The notes: a model not told the origin generated them from the sequence alone. DNA of 64,000 nt from Candidatus Latescibacterota bacterium (GCA_965116885.1 OZ220741.1:4736001-4800000), one strand, 5' to 3'; counted from the stretch's first letter, positions 39,943 through 50,784 are shown. Numbers and translations are program-made.

Positions 39943-41702
39943 CGGCCCGCTCTATTCCGCATCTGTTCAACCACTGGCGTCGTTGGTGCTTCCCCACTAT
40001 AAAGTGCCTGCCCTCGCTCGTAGGACACCTCCACTTCCCCATCTTTCACCTCGAGCCGGGGCACGTTGTAATCGCGCGCATCCCGATCCGTGCCGCGCAT
40101 CACGGTCAAATGCGCGTCCGTCATGCCCTCCACCATGTCGTCGCCCCACCGGTTCCACGGATGCACTATCTCCCCGCCACTGCGGTGAAAACTCCGCGAC
40201 GAGTATTTGATCAGGATTCCCCGCCGCGGGATGGGATTCTTCCACGCCGTAGTGCCATGCGTCGTCGCCCCATCTGCAAAAAACAGCACATCTCCCGCCT
40301 CCATCACCAACTGCTTCACCAGCCCCATGTCGTCGTCACAGGACCGCACGCCCGGCGGCGTCGGGTATTTCCCCTTGTGAGATCCCGGAACACAGGCAAA
40401 CCCGCCAAGACCGGGCGGCACATCCCGCAACTGCCATGTAATCGTCACCGCCTCCGAATAGCTCCGCCCGTTCTGGAACTGATAGCCCATCGGCGGATAC
40501 ATCGGTTCCCCGGAATCGTGCAACGCATGGCCAGACGTCCCCTGAACCGAGCAAAACGCCGAAGGCCCGCTCATTCGCGCACCACTCCCGCCCATCCACG
40601 TCAACCTGTGTTGCACAGGCGGGTGCGCCACCATCTTCCGAAACGGCTCGCAATACGGCTCGGGAAGATCCAGCAAACCACCCAGCACCGGACGCCCCGT
40701 ACCCGCCAGACTCTTCGACCCCCGCGACAATTCCTCCTGCACCACAATCTGATCCTCAAACTTGTCAACTGCCTCGTTCGCCGTCTCCAACCATTCCTCG
40801 TCCATCACACCCTTGAGAATCAAATACCCGTTCAATTCCCAAAAATAGAACTCTTTTTCATCGATATTGGAATTGGGATCCCGACTGTAAATTGAAGGGT
40901 GAAACACCTCGCGCGATTCATCTATTTTTACCGTCTCGCCATCTGTCACAATCACCGGTGGAGGCGTCGAATACGCATAATCCGGTTTGTAAAGCGACGC
41001 GCGTTGTTCGGGGCTAATCGCCGCATGCCAATCCGGAGAGGGATCCTCCGCAACCATTGGACCCGTCCCCGCAGACTGAATCGCCGCCCGCCCCACATAC
41101 TCGTAGCTCAACAATCTCCGAGACGCTTCGCTCGGCCGCACCCCCTGCAACACCGTCCCCGCCACCAGAAACAGATCCCCGGCCTTCAGCTTCGGTTGGA
41201 ACGTCAGACCCATGTCGTCCTCACCAGTAGCTACGTCCTCTGGCGTCTCCACATTCACCTTGTGGGTACACGGCACCATCACGAACCCACCATCGCCCTC
41301 TTCCACATCCTCAAGCGCCCAGATCGCCCGCACGGCCTGGCAATACCGGCGACCATTCTGAAAATAGTACGCCCTGGCAGGATTTCTCGGTTCATTGCCC
41401 CCCACCAGAGGTGCTTCTACATCATAGGTCTCATCGCACAACAACTCTGGCTCCCGGTCCAGCCGGAACCCATAGCCCACGATCTGATTCAAATACCACA
41501 CCAATTGTGGATGAATCATCAAATCCCGAAACAGATCCCGAAGCGGGGAATCCCATCTCAGCATCCCCTCACTCTGCCCCCCCTTGTCCAGCGCCTCATT
41601 CAGCGCCTTCACCTCACCTCGGTTCAACACGCCCGGGATGTGCAAATAGCCTGCCACATCAAAGCAGTAATTCTCCTCGTTGCTCATCGCTTCCCGGTCC
41701 AT
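39939..41702 (-). CDS. Tandem two-domain PhyH-family protein
   Basis: Two repeats of (F)DxxGYL...HP...W.L.DV..G.GG...P.xHK; paralog of 44711-46450. Confidence 0.85.
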   Translation of the reverse strand: MDREAMSNEENYCFDVAGYLHIPGVLNRGEVKALNEALDKGGQSEGMLRWDSPLRDLFRDLMIHPQLVWYLNQIVGYGFRLDREPELLCDETYDVEAPLVGGNEPRNPARAYYFQNGRRYCQAVRAIWALEDVEEGDGGFVMVPCTHKVNVETPEDVATGEDDMGLTFQPKLKAGDLFLVAGTVLQGVRPSEASRRLLSYEYVGRAAIQSAGTGPMVAEDPSPDWHAAISPEQRASLYKPDYAYSTPPPVIVTDGETVKIDESREVFHPSIYSRDPNSNIDEKEFYFWELNGYLILKGVMDEEWLETANEAVDKFEDQIVVQEELSRGSKSLAGTGRPVLGGLLDLPEPYCEPFRKMVAHPPVQHRLTWMGGSGARMSGPSAFCSVQGTSGHALHDSGEPMYPPMGYQFQNGRSYSEAVTITWQLRDVPPGLGGFACVPGSHKGKYPTPPGVRSCDDDMGLVKQLVMEAGDVLFFADGATTHGTTAWKNPIPRRGILIKYSSRSFHRSGGEIVHPWNRWGDDMVEGMTDAHLTVMRGTDRDARDYNVPRLEVKDGEVEVSYERGQALYSGEAPTTPVVEQMRNRAGR

Positions 41703-41836
41703 CGGTGACCTCCTGTAAGAAGATTGGGGTTTATTAGTGCATTTAATACATAGTACAGCATTTTTTGGATCAATTCAAAATAAAAATGATTATACTGTTA
41801 CAAAGGTAGCAATTAACAGAAAAGGAGTGACAAAAT

Positions 41837-42739
41837 ATGACCACAAAATCGCGAAAATCGCCCGATGAAATCAAAAACCTCCTCGAAGGCCCTGTCACAT
41901 CGATACCGACACCTTTTCTCTCAAATGGAGATATCGACTGGGACGGCGTGGGCAACATTATCGAAATCGGCATTGAAGGCGGCAGCGGCATCATCTTGCT
42001 GACAGCGGGCGACAGCCAGTACTTCTGCCTGAGCGAAGACGAAATCGCACAACTCACACAATTTACCATCGAACGCACCGCTGGCCGCGCCCTCACCATC
42101 GCCGCGACCGGGGCATGGCCCACCCGGCAAGCAGAAGCATTCGCCCACAGATGCATCGAATGGGGCGCTGATGCGCTCATGTCCGTCACCACATTCCACG
42201 GCTCAGACCCCGAAGGCGTGGCCGCCCACAATGCCGCAATCGGCAAAATCATCCCGGTCATGCTCGTCGGCTATCCCTCGCACCGCGCACTGGATATGCT
42301 CATAGACGAACCCGGCATCTGCTGCTTCAAAGAAGACGGCGACACGGCCTATGCCGTAGAAACCCTGCAAAAATACGGCCACCGCTGGAAAATCATGACC
42401 GGAGGCACCCTGTGGCGTCACCTCCTCGAATGGCCCTTTGGCTGCACCACCTTCATGGACTGGTCCACCTCATTCGCCCCCCACATCGGCGCGGAATTCC
42501 ACCAGGCTCTCTGCCGCAACGACATAGCCGAAGCGCGGCGAATCACCGTCGAAATCGAACGCCCACTCTGGGATCTACAACCCAATTTTCGAGGCGGCTG
42601 GCAAACCATGTGGCGCGCCATTCTGGAACTCTACGGCGTCTCCGCCCGATATCTCAGATCGCCCCAGCTCTCAGCTACCGAAGAAGACATGGAATTTCTC
42701 CGTGCGTCTCTGGACCATATTGGCCTGCTTCCGGAATAA
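41837..42739 (+). CDS. Dihydrodipicolinate synthase (DHDPS/NAL) family aldolase
   Basis: SIPTPF...GDID, LSEDE, GADAL, FKED Schiff-base Lys. Confidence 0.85.
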   Translation: MTTKSRKSPDEIKNLLEGPVTSIPTPFLSNGDIDWDGVGNIIEIGIEGGSGIILLTAGDSQYFCLSEDEIAQLTQFTIERTAGRALTIAATGAWPTRQAEAFAHRCIEWGADALMSVTTFHGSDPEGVAAHNAAIGKIIPVMLVGYPSHRALDMLIDEPGICCFKEDGDTAYAVETLQKYGHRWKIMTGGTLWRHLLEWPFGCTTFMDWSTSFAPHIGAEFHQALCRNDIAEARRITVEIERPLWDLQPNFRGGWQTMWRAILELYGVSARYLRSPQLSATEEDMEFLRASLDHIGLLPE

Positions 42740-42741
42740 AA

Positions 42742-44034
42742 TTAAGGCAACGCATACACCCACATAAACCTTCGGTCGTAGATCAGAGCCTCATCTCTGC
42801 CGTCACCGTTCATATCACACACCTGCATCGCATAGCTATAACCGATGTCATCGAGCCGCGTACGCTCCAAAATACCCGCCGGGCAATCGGGATGTTTTGC
42901 ATTTGCAGGCGGTGAAAACGCCAGCGATATCTCGCCATCCCCATCCATTCCCCAGGGCCATCCGCCATCGGCATACCCGATCCAGGTCTGGCTCCCCCGA
43001 AGCGCAATAATCGGACGATTTCTGTGCATGCGGAGCTTTTCCCCGCCTTTCGGAAACCCCATTGGCCAGATTCGCTCAGTGGGCCTGCTCCACACTTCCA
43101 CGCCATCCGGATCGTAAAGCACCATAGGGCCATCTGGCGAATTGTAGAGCGCGACCTGAAATTCAGAATCCGAACGAAAACATCCCAGCGCCGTACCCTG
43201 GCAATGAATGTGTTCTCTCGAAAAATAAGTCCCGCCTCCCGCCCCAAACAGGTGCAACTTGTCGGACGCAGCAATAGAAAAAACCGGACCGATAGCAGTG
43301 TGAAACACATCCGTGTAATCCACATGTTGCTGGTCTGCATTCAGCGTTTCCGGATCAACGGCATCCATCGTCCACAAAATCTGCCCACCCACACCCACGG
43401 CACAGTATCCGATCAAATACACCTGCTCGCCATCCACATCCAGAGACAAAATGTGGTGCCCACCTCCCGGAACGGCTTTGGGACCCCACACCGGCTCCAG
43501 ACCTGCGTTCAGACCCAGCACCGGCTCGCCATACCGCCACGAACCATTTCCCATCTCTCCATTTTTGATCGCAATAGCGGCCTCGTGTTCATCGGTGGGC
43601 CGTACAGCGGTCTGGAGGATATAGTAATTCTCATCGGGAAGACGGGCACTCTTTACCTCCTCCCCTGTCTCACCGTCCAGGACCACAACCCTATCGCCAT
43701 CTGCTAAGACCACCTCAATGCGCCCGTCTCCATCAATATCCCCCGTGGCGATACAAGCCTCATAGGAATGGGAGATATAAGGGATATGCGGCGGATTTGG
43801 CGTCCCCCACGTCCACAGGCGTCGGCCATCAGCGCGAAATGCCGAGACAGAGACATATTCGGGAAACAGCGCGCTTACAAAATCCCAACTCCTGAACGGC
43901 TCTGGACCAAAGATCCCCGGTCCCTGATAGGTGAGAATCTCCGGAATCCCATCTCCGTCGATATCCGCAGGAAAACACTCTGCCCCGCCGTACTCCTCAA
44001 AAGCGATCTCAAACATACACGATACCGTTGCCAT
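42742..44034 (-). CDS. FG-GAP/beta-propeller repeat protein (PL11-like)
   Basis: DIDGDG x2, DMNGDGRDE; ATG 44034 after GGAGGT; paralog of 1-1183. Confidence 0.75.
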   Translation of the reverse strand: MATVSCMFEIAFEEYGGAECFPADIDGDGIPEILTYQGPGIFGPEPFRSWDFVSALFPEYVSVSAFRADGRRLWTWGTPNPPHIPYISHSYEACIATGDIDGDGRIEVVLADGDRVVVLDGETGEEVKSARLPDENYYILQTAVRPTDEHEAAIAIKNGEMGNGSWRYGEPVLGLNAGLEPVWGPKAVPGGGHHILSLDVDGEQVYLIGYCAVGVGGQILWTMDAVDPETLNADQQHVDYTDVFHTAIGPVFSIAASDKLHLFGAGGGTYFSREHIHCQGTALGCFRSDSEFQVALYNSPDGPMVLYDPDGVEVWSRPTERIWPMGFPKGGEKLRMHRNRPIIALRGSQTWIGYADGGWPWGMDGDGEISLAFSPPANAKHPDCPAGILERTRLDDIGYSYAMQVCDMNGDGRDEALIYDRRFMWVYALP

Positions 44035-44087
44035 TACCACCTCCTGCACAAAACCGGGACTTGCGATAAGCCCCGGTTCTATAGCCC

Positions 44088-44696
44088 CTACAACTCAATC
44101 TCACCAGAGGCAATGCGCTGCAACGTCCGGACGTAAAGCCTGTGTTCCTGTTGCAACACCCGGGCCGATAGAGTCTCGACCGAATCTCCAGGCTCAACCG
44201 GCACCCGGACCTGATCCAAAACCTGACCGTGGTCGTATTCTTCGTCAACCAGATGCACCGTGGCTCCAGTCTCGCGATCACCCGCGGCCAACACCGCCCG
44301 ATGCACGACCTCCCCGTAAAAACCCCGACCACCAAACTTCGGCAACAGGGATGGATGGATATTGAGGACGCGCCCCCTGTACGCGGCCAAAGTCCGCGGG
44401 CCCAACCGCTTCATGTACCCGGCCAGGCAGACCACCTCGACCCCATACGCCTGTAAAATCGCCAGAATAGCCCCATCCAGAGCACCGGGTCCGGGGTGGG
44501 TATAGGTACTCAAATGCACCGCTGGCACGCCCATCTTTCTCGCCCGGTGTAGAGCACCGGAATCCGAGTTATTGCTGATGACCACCCGGGGCCTGGCCTG
44601 CAAGCGTCCTGTTTTACAGGCATCGAGAATAGCCTGCAAATTGGTGCCCCTGTGCGAAGCCAGAAAGCCCAGATGCAAAATCCTTCCACTCGGCAT
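44088..44696 (-). CDS. purN: Phosphoribosylglycinamide formyltransferase
   Basis: ASHRGTNLQAI, CLAGYM, LNIHPSLLP, GATVHLVDEEYDHG; ATG 44696 after AAGGAG. Confidence 0.95.
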   Translation of the reverse strand: MPSGRILHLGFLASHRGTNLQAILDACKTGRLQARPRVVISNNSDSGALHRARKMGVPAVHLSTYTHPGPGALDGAILAILQAYGVEVVCLAGYMKRLGPRTLAAYRGRVLNIHPSLLPKFGGRGFYGEVVHRAVLAAGDRETGATVHLVDEEYDHGQVLDQVRVPVEPGDSVETLSARVLQQEHRLYVRTLQRIASGEIEL

Positions 44697-44710
44697 TTTC
44701 CCGTTTCTCC

Positions 44711-46450
44711 TTAATCCACCTTCTCTCCCGGCTTGCGATAAGACGCCGCGTATCGGTCGCCCTCCGGATCGTACGACACATGCACCTGTCCATCCCGCAC
44801 GACCAACCTGGGCACTGTGCGATCCCATCCATCTCGTTCGGGACCGCGCATAACCGCAAACTGTTCCTCCGTCATATCTTCGACCATATCGCCCCAGCGC
44901 TCCTGGGGATCGATCACGCCACCCCCCCAGTTGGAATTTTTGGACTGATATTTAACCAGCACACCCCGTCTGGGAATCGGATTCTTCCACGCCAGCGCGC
45001 CGTGAGTACACCCGCCATCCATAAAAAACAACACATCGCCCGCTTTCATCGCCGGCTGCACCACCAGGCCCATCGTCTCGTCGCATGTGCGGATTCCCGG
45101 AGGCATCGAATACTGCGTCTTATGAGAACCCGGCACACAGGCAAACCCACCCAACTCCGGCTCCACATCCCGCAACTGCCACGTAATCGTCACCGTCTCG
45201 CAATAACTCCGCCCATTCTTAAACTGGTAGCCTCGCGAAGGACTCATCGGCTCATTCCCATCGTGCAACGCGTGGCCCGACGTCCCTTGCACAGCGCAAA
45301 ACACCGTACCGCCACCCGTGCGATACCCGCTGGCTCCCATCCAATTCAGCCGATGCACCACAGCGGGATGGGCAATCATGCGCCGGAACGGCTCGCAATA
45401 AGGCGCGGGCAAATCCACCAGACCCGGCAATAACGGTCGCCCCGTCCCCGCCTGACTCTTTGAACCTCGCGCCAGTTCTGCACCAACCTCAATCCGATCC
45501 TGAAATTTATCCACCGCCTCATTCGCCTTTTCCAGCCAATCCTCGTCCATCACCCCCCGCACCACCAGATACCCATTCAAATCCCAAAAATAAAATTCCT
45601 TCTCATCAATTTTTGAATCTGGATCCCGAATATAAATCGAAGGATGAATCACCTCAGGACTCTCCTCCACCCAGGTCTTTTCGCCATCGGTATTCAGCAC
45701 TGGCGGAGGATTAGACCCCTTAAACCCCGGCCTGTACATCACCGCCTTCTGTTCGGGAGGCGCACTCTCCGTCCACCTGGGTCGCGTTTCGGTCTCAGCC
45801 CCCGGTCCCGGTCCATTCGACTGGATGACCGCCCGCCCCGCATACCAGTACGTCAACAGCCGTTTCGGCGACCCCATCCACGGCCGCATCCCCTGCAACG
45901 CAGTCTCAGCCAGTAAAAACAAATCACCCGCCTTCAGAACCGGCTGTTTCACCAGCCCCATATCGTCCTGTCCCGTCGCCAAATCCCCGGGTGTTTCCAC
46001 ATTGCTCTTGTGGCTCGCCTGAACCACCACCAGCCCGCCATCTCCTTCCTCCACATCCTCCAGCACCCAGATCGCCTTCACCCCCTGGCACGACCGGCGA
46101 CCATTTTGAATAAAATACGCCCGGGACGGATTCCGGGGTTCATCTCCACCAACCAGCCCCTGCCCAATCTCCCCTTCCCGGCTACCCAATAACCGGGGTG
46201 CCTGATCCAGACGAAAACCATGTCCGATAATCTGATTCAAATACCACACCAGTTGCGGATGCACCAGCAAATCCCGAAACAGATCCCGCTGGGGCACCTC
46301 CCAGCCCAGCATGCCTTCAGACGCACCCGCCTCGTCCAGTACTCTGTTCAAAGCCTCGACTTCACCGCGACTCAATACCCCTGGAACATGCAAATATCCG
46401 GCGACATCAAACGCATAATTCTCTTCATTGCTCATCTCTTCCCGGTCCAT
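44711..46450 (-). CDS. Tandem two-domain PhyH-family protein
   Basis: MDREEMSNEENYAFDVAGYL start after AGGAGG; close paralog of 39939-41702. Confidence 0.85.
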   Translation of the reverse strand: MDREEMSNEENYAFDVAGYLHVPGVLSRGEVEALNRVLDEAGASEGMLGWEVPQRDLFRDLLVHPQLVWYLNQIIGHGFRLDQAPRLLGSREGEIGQGLVGGDEPRNPSRAYFIQNGRRSCQGVKAIWVLEDVEEGDGGLVVVQASHKSNVETPGDLATGQDDMGLVKQPVLKAGDLFLLAETALQGMRPWMGSPKRLLTYWYAGRAVIQSNGPGPGAETETRPRWTESAPPEQKAVMYRPGFKGSNPPPVLNTDGEKTWVEESPEVIHPSIYIRDPDSKIDEKEFYFWDLNGYLVVRGVMDEDWLEKANEAVDKFQDRIEVGAELARGSKSQAGTGRPLLPGLVDLPAPYCEPFRRMIAHPAVVHRLNWMGASGYRTGGGTVFCAVQGTSGHALHDGNEPMSPSRGYQFKNGRSYCETVTITWQLRDVEPELGGFACVPGSHKTQYSMPPGIRTCDETMGLVVQPAMKAGDVLFFMDGGCTHGALAWKNPIPRRGVLVKYQSKNSNWGGGVIDPQERWGDMVEDMTEEQFAVMRGPERDGWDRTVPRLVVRDGQVHVSYDPEGDRYAASYRKPGEKVD

Positions 46451-46556
46451 CTCTGACCTCCTGTTGGAAGATTGGGGTTTATCTCTGCATTGTCGAATAT
46501 TGTACGCCAACTTTTTGTCCAATCCAACAAAAAAGTTTTGAAGCTCCAAAAACACA

Positions 46557-46593
46557 AAACCGGGACCTGCAGCACAGCCGTAAGTCCCGGTTG
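46557..46593 (-). terminator. Putative intrinsic terminator
   Basis: AACCGGGAC...GTCCCGGTT stem with T-tract on the - strand; a similar hairpin lies at about 44050-44078. Confidence 0.5.
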
Positions 46594-46619
46594 TAAACAC
46601 CCTGTATTTCCCCCAAATA

Positions 46620-47627
46620 TTAAATCTGGTGCACCGCCTTGCGCTTCGCGCGCATACTGGCGTGCGATTCTGGCGACCCATCGTGAAACGTGCCGAACCA
46701 GTAATCAAACGGAAAATCGTTCTCGCCGTAATTGCACTCAAAATAGCGGTGATGCAACTGGTGAAAAAATGACGCCGCAGGCATTCTATCACTCCCTCCC
46801 ACCTCAATTTTATCAAACCCCACATGCCCCTGTGCCGGTGTAAACGCCGCATGTTGTGCATTCATCAACATGTGAATCGGATGGGATGGCACCACCCAGT
46901 GAATCAGAATACAGCTAAAATACAACAAATGCTCAATCGGATGCATAGCCAGCCCGGACCACGGTCCGATATTGATATTCTTGTGATGCAAATAATGCGC
47001 GGATTTGTACAGCGGTTTCCAGTGGGTCAGGCGGTGAACCCAATAAAAATGGAATAGCCGCCAGAACTGGATACCGCACAGCAACGCAACAAAATAAATC
47101 GGTTCTGTGCGCCAATCGACATAGGGAATTATTTCATTCGCAAACGCCCACATAGAAACCACTTCATAAGCCGTCCAGATCGTGCCCCCACTCACGCAAC
47201 TCCAGAAAATATTATCGCGCAATTGATTGCCCCACAAAAACTTGCGGTTCGATGTCGCGAGCCATTTCGACGTGTATTTATACCGCGTGCCCTGCGCCTT
47301 GAACCTGTAGAAATACACATGCCACGCGCCCGCGATAACAATTAACATCGCAATATTGCGCACATACATCTCGGCAATCCAATCCACGCGGAACGCCACA
47401 CAGCGCTCAAGCGCGGGTTGCAAATAAAGCCATGTGCCAATGGCAATAAGCATATAAATTGCGTTCCAGGGCCACAAATAGCCCGGAAAACCAAACATCC
47501 ACTTCAGCGCCTCAACAGGGCGCGGAGGCCATGCAAAAATCGGCGCAGGCACCGGGCGTTTTGCGGGCTGCCATTCGCCACTTTCATCCCGGGCAACGCC
47601 ATCTACGACTTCTCTGGTATCAGCCAT
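46620..47627 (-). CDS. Sterol desaturase/fatty acid hydroxylase family protein
   Basis: His boxes HRLTH, HYLHH, HQLHH; MHPIE; FDYWFGT. Confidence 0.92.
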   Translation of the reverse strand: MADTREVVDGVARDESGEWQPAKRPVPAPIFAWPPRPVEALKWMFGFPGYLWPWNAIYMLIAIGTWLYLQPALERCVAFRVDWIAEMYVRNIAMLIVIAGAWHVYFYRFKAQGTRYKYTSKWLATSNRKFLWGNQLRDNIFWSCVSGGTIWTAYEVVSMWAFANEIIPYVDWRTEPIYFVALLCGIQFWRLFHFYWVHRLTHWKPLYKSAHYLHHKNINIGPWSGLAMHPIEHLLYFSCILIHWVVPSHPIHMLMNAQHAAFTPAQGHVGFDKIEVGGSDRMPAASFFHQLHHRYFECNYGENDFPFDYWFGTFHDGSPESHASMRAKRKAVHQI

Positions 47628-47660
47628 TGTGTACTCTCCTCGAATGGTTGAGACTACGTA

Positions 47661-48320
47661 CTAAATCCTCCCGCTGACCCACTGAATACCCCGCACTAAC
47701 ACCGACTGAAAATTTTCATCCTTCCACGTCTGATTGTCGTGCCCGCTTTGGAAGCAAAACACCCGCGTACCATTGTATTGCCGCGTCCAGCCGATCGACT
47801 TCATACACGCCGGGTGATCTGTCGTCAACAGCAAATGGCTATCCGAATCCGGCTCGCCCATCACATAAGTCTCATCGATCATCTCCCAATCGGATATCCC
47901 GCGCGTAATCGGATGATCCCCATCCTCTACCGCAATCCGCATCACCTCATCGTGGCTGAACGATTCAAACGACCCCGCGACAACACCGGCCATCTGCACC
48001 CAGGGATCCCAATTTGGAAATGCCAAAATCGCGTGGTGCAACAACACAATACCCTTGCCCGTCGCCAGCCATGATTCCAGCGCGCTTAGAGGTCGCCCCA
48101 TCCACCCAAGACGGTTCTCATCCGTCGGACCTTCCTTGTGCATATTGTAAAACACAACCGCATCGTAGAAATCGCGCTCCTCTGCTCGCGGCGATGCAAA
48201 ATCCTCCAGAGACTGAATATAGGCATCTACGCCTTCCATCTTGCGAAACAACCCGTGAAAATTCGGCACATCAAAACGGTGGCCGCCGGTCACCACCGCA
48301 ACCTTAATAGTATCGTCCAT
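47661..48320 (-). CDS. ThuA-like (trehalose utilisation, class I GATase fold) protein
   Basis: VVTGGH, YDAVVFY, GKGIVLLHH, HPITRGI, DETY, GHD. Confidence 0.85.
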   Translation of the reverse strand: MDDTIKVAVVTGGHRFDVPNFHGLFRKMEGVDAYIQSLEDFASPRAEERDFYDAVVFYNMHKEGPTDENRLGWMGRPLSALESWLATGKGIVLLHHAILAFPNWDPWVQMAGVVAGSFESFSHDEVMRIAVEDGDHPITRGISDWEMIDETYVMGEPDSDSHLLLTTDHPACMKSIGWTRQYNGTRVFCFQSGHDNQTWKDENFQSVLVRGIQWVSGRI

Positions 48321-48343
48321 AATCATACCCCTCAAAGTATAAC

Positions 48344-49792
48344 CTATCGCCCCCGATTTGTCTCCCAAACCGACCTTTCCTGCCACGGCTCAAAATCTGG
48401 ATTCTCTTCGGGAATTTTGGCTTCGATCTCCTCCTGCCATCCCTTCAGAAGCTCGTGCAATCGATCTCGTACATCGGGCAATTCATCTGAGAGGTCATGC
48501 TCCTCACCAATATCCTCTCGCAAATTGTACAACTCCACATGCCCGGATTCAAAAAACTCGATCAGCTTATAATCCCCCGCTCGAACCGAAGATCCAGGCG
48601 TCCCTCCCTGATTGCCATAATGCGGGAAATGCCAGAAAATCGCATCGCGCGCCAGATCGTCCCCCCTCAACAAAGGCACGATACTCACCCCATCGCAATG
48701 CTGCTCGGGAATCAGATCCAGATCCGCCATTTCCAGTATCGTCGGATAATAATCTGTACTCGTCACCGGAACATCGCAAACAGACCCTGCCGGTGTCACA
48801 CCGGGCCATTTGACAATCAGCGGTTCCCGAGTTCCACCTTCATACATCCAGCCCTTGCCCTCGGCGAGCGGTGCATTGCACGTTGGCGAACCTTCACTCG
48901 TCGCCAACCCACCATTATCTGAGGTAAACATAATCGCCGTATTATCGGCAATACCCGCCTCTTCCAGCGCGTCCAAAATGCGCCCCACACTCTCATCCAT
49001 GCTCTCGATCATCGCGGCGTACACCGGATCGGACTGCACCGTCCGCCGCGTAATGCGCCTGTCCTTCTTGTGTTCCCCCGGGAAAAAATCGCCCTCTTCA
49101 AACGGCTCAATTTTATCCAAGCCCATTGCTCGCGCTTTCTCTTCGTACTTCTCGATCTTTTCCCGCTTCGCCTGAATGGGCGTATGCACCGTATAATACC
49201 ACAAATTCAGGAAAAACGGACGATCGTCCCGGTTCTCGATCAAATCTATAACCCGATCCGTCAAATAATCCGTCAAATACGTCCCGTCCGGTACATCCAC
49301 ATCATCCAGCACCGGAATCGTCCACGGGCTAAAATAACCCCCGCGCCCGGGAGACCCATGTTCGCATCCGCCTACATTCACCTCAAACCCGTGTTCATCG
49401 GGATAAAACCCAGGTCCACCCAAATGCCATTTGCCAACATGCCAGGTCGCATATCCCCCGTCTTTCATCGCCTGTGCAACCGTGCGTTCTTCATGGGGCA
49501 AATACCTGAAATAGGGCACATCGATCAATTTGCCGCGATTGGGGTGATTTCTCCCGCTCCAATCGATAAAATTCGTCACCCCAACCCGTGCGGGATATTT
49601 GCCACTCATCACACTCGCGCGCGTTGGCGAACACACCGGACACGACGCGTACGCATCCGTAAACTTCATCCCCTCCGCGCACAACCGATCCAGATTGGGC
49701 GTCTCGTAAAATTCACTTCCGTAACACGTCGTATCTGCCCATCCGTAATCGTCCAACAAAATAAAAATAATATTGGGTTTGCCCATTTCCAT
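48344..49792 (-). CDS. Sulfatase (Cys-type, FGly-dependent)
   Basis: PNIIFILLDDYG, CSPTRAS, GKWHLG, TSDNG, YEGGTREP. Confidence 0.95.
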   Translation of the reverse strand: MEMGKPNIIFILLDDYGWADTTCYGSEFYETPNLDRLCAEGMKFTDAYASCPVCSPTRASVMSGKYPARVGVTNFIDWSGRNHPNRGKLIDVPYFRYLPHEERTVAQAMKDGGYATWHVGKWHLGGPGFYPDEHGFEVNVGGCEHGSPGRGGYFSPWTIPVLDDVDVPDGTYLTDYLTDRVIDLIENRDDRPFFLNLWYYTVHTPIQAKREKIEKYEEKARAMGLDKIEPFEEGDFFPGEHKKDRRITRRTVQSDPVYAAMIESMDESVGRILDALEEAGIADNTAIMFTSDNGGLATSEGSPTCNAPLAEGKGWMYEGGTREPLIVKWPGVTPAGSVCDVPVTSTDYYPTILEMADLDLIPEQHCDGVSIVPLLRGDDLARDAIFWHFPHYGNQGGTPGSSVRAGDYKLIEFFESGHVELYNLREDIGEEHDLSDELPDVRDRLHELLKGWQEEIEAKIPEENPDFEPWQERSVWETNRGR

Positions 49793-50784
49793 TATATCTC
49801 CACATCCACACTCTTGCCAGAAGCGCCCGACTCGCGTGCAGCGTGCAACACCTGCATCACCCGCAAACCGTGTTCAGCAGTAATAATCAGTTCTTCACCC
49901 TCGCGCAAATGCCGCGCAATATTCGCGTGCAGATTTTCGCGCGGTACCGCATCGGTACGCACTTCCTCAGAACCTTCGCCGTAAACCGTCACCTCGCCAC
50001 CGCCTCCACGTTCACACACAAGCGTGGCTTCCGTGCCCAGAACAACCCACTTATACGGCAAAGAATAAAAGGAAATATCCGCCTTGGCAGCACGCGCACG
50101 CACCCCATTGTCAAACACCATCACAATATCGAACAAATCGTCTGAATCGCCCCACTTCGTATGCCGCACATCGGCAAAGACCGACACCACCTTGTGACCC
50201 GACATCAAATCGATAATCTGCTCGACCCAGTGCGGCCCAAAATCCAGCAACGTTCCACCACCCGCCGCGGCTGTCACGCGCCATTGCTGATTGTAATCCG
50301 GCACGCCAAAACCCACTGCGGGACGCGCCCCCATCGTGCGATTCTCAAGCGCAACAATCTCGCCAACTGCGCCATCCAAAACCGCGTGCTTCACCAGACA
50401 ATAATCGCGATCGTAATGCCGGTTGTGGTGCATCGTCAACACCACGCCATTATCTTTAGCCGCCTGCACCATCTCCTCGGCCTCTGGACCGGTCAGTGAC
50501 ATCGGCTTTTCAATCAGCATGTGCTTCTTCGCCGCCGCCACCTTGAGCGCATCTGCATAATGCGCTGCCGAATGCGTCGCGATTAAAACCAGTTCGATAT
50601 CCCAACCGAGAAAATCATCGAGATCACCGGTCGCACGCAGACCCTCGGCAACCGCCTCTTCCCGCCTGGATTCCGTAATATCGCACACCCCCACCACATC
50701 GTACAACCCCGTCTCGCGCATCGTTCTCAAATGACCGCCAGCCACCCGCCCAAATCCAATAATACCCGCCTTGATCTTTTCCAT
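49792..50784 (-). CDS. Gfo/Idh/MocA family oxidoreductase
   Basis: GIIGFG, LIEKPM, HNRHYD, GGGTLLDFGPH. Confidence 0.92.
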   Translation of the reverse strand: MEKIKAGIIGFGRVAGGHLRTMRETGLYDVVGVCDITESRREEAVAEGLRATGDLDDFLGWDIELVLIATHSAAHYADALKVAAAKKHMLIEKPMSLTGPEAEEMVQAAKDNGVVLTMHHNRHYDRDYCLVKHAVLDGAVGEIVALENRTMGARPAVGFGVPDYNQQWRVTAAAGGGTLLDFGPHWVEQIIDLMSGHKVVSVFADVRHTKWGDSDDLFDIVMVFDNGVRARAAKADISFYSLPYKWVVLGTEATLVCERGGGGEVTVYGEGSEEVRTDAVPRENLHANIARHLREGEELIITAEHGLRVMQVLHAARESGASGKSVDVEI

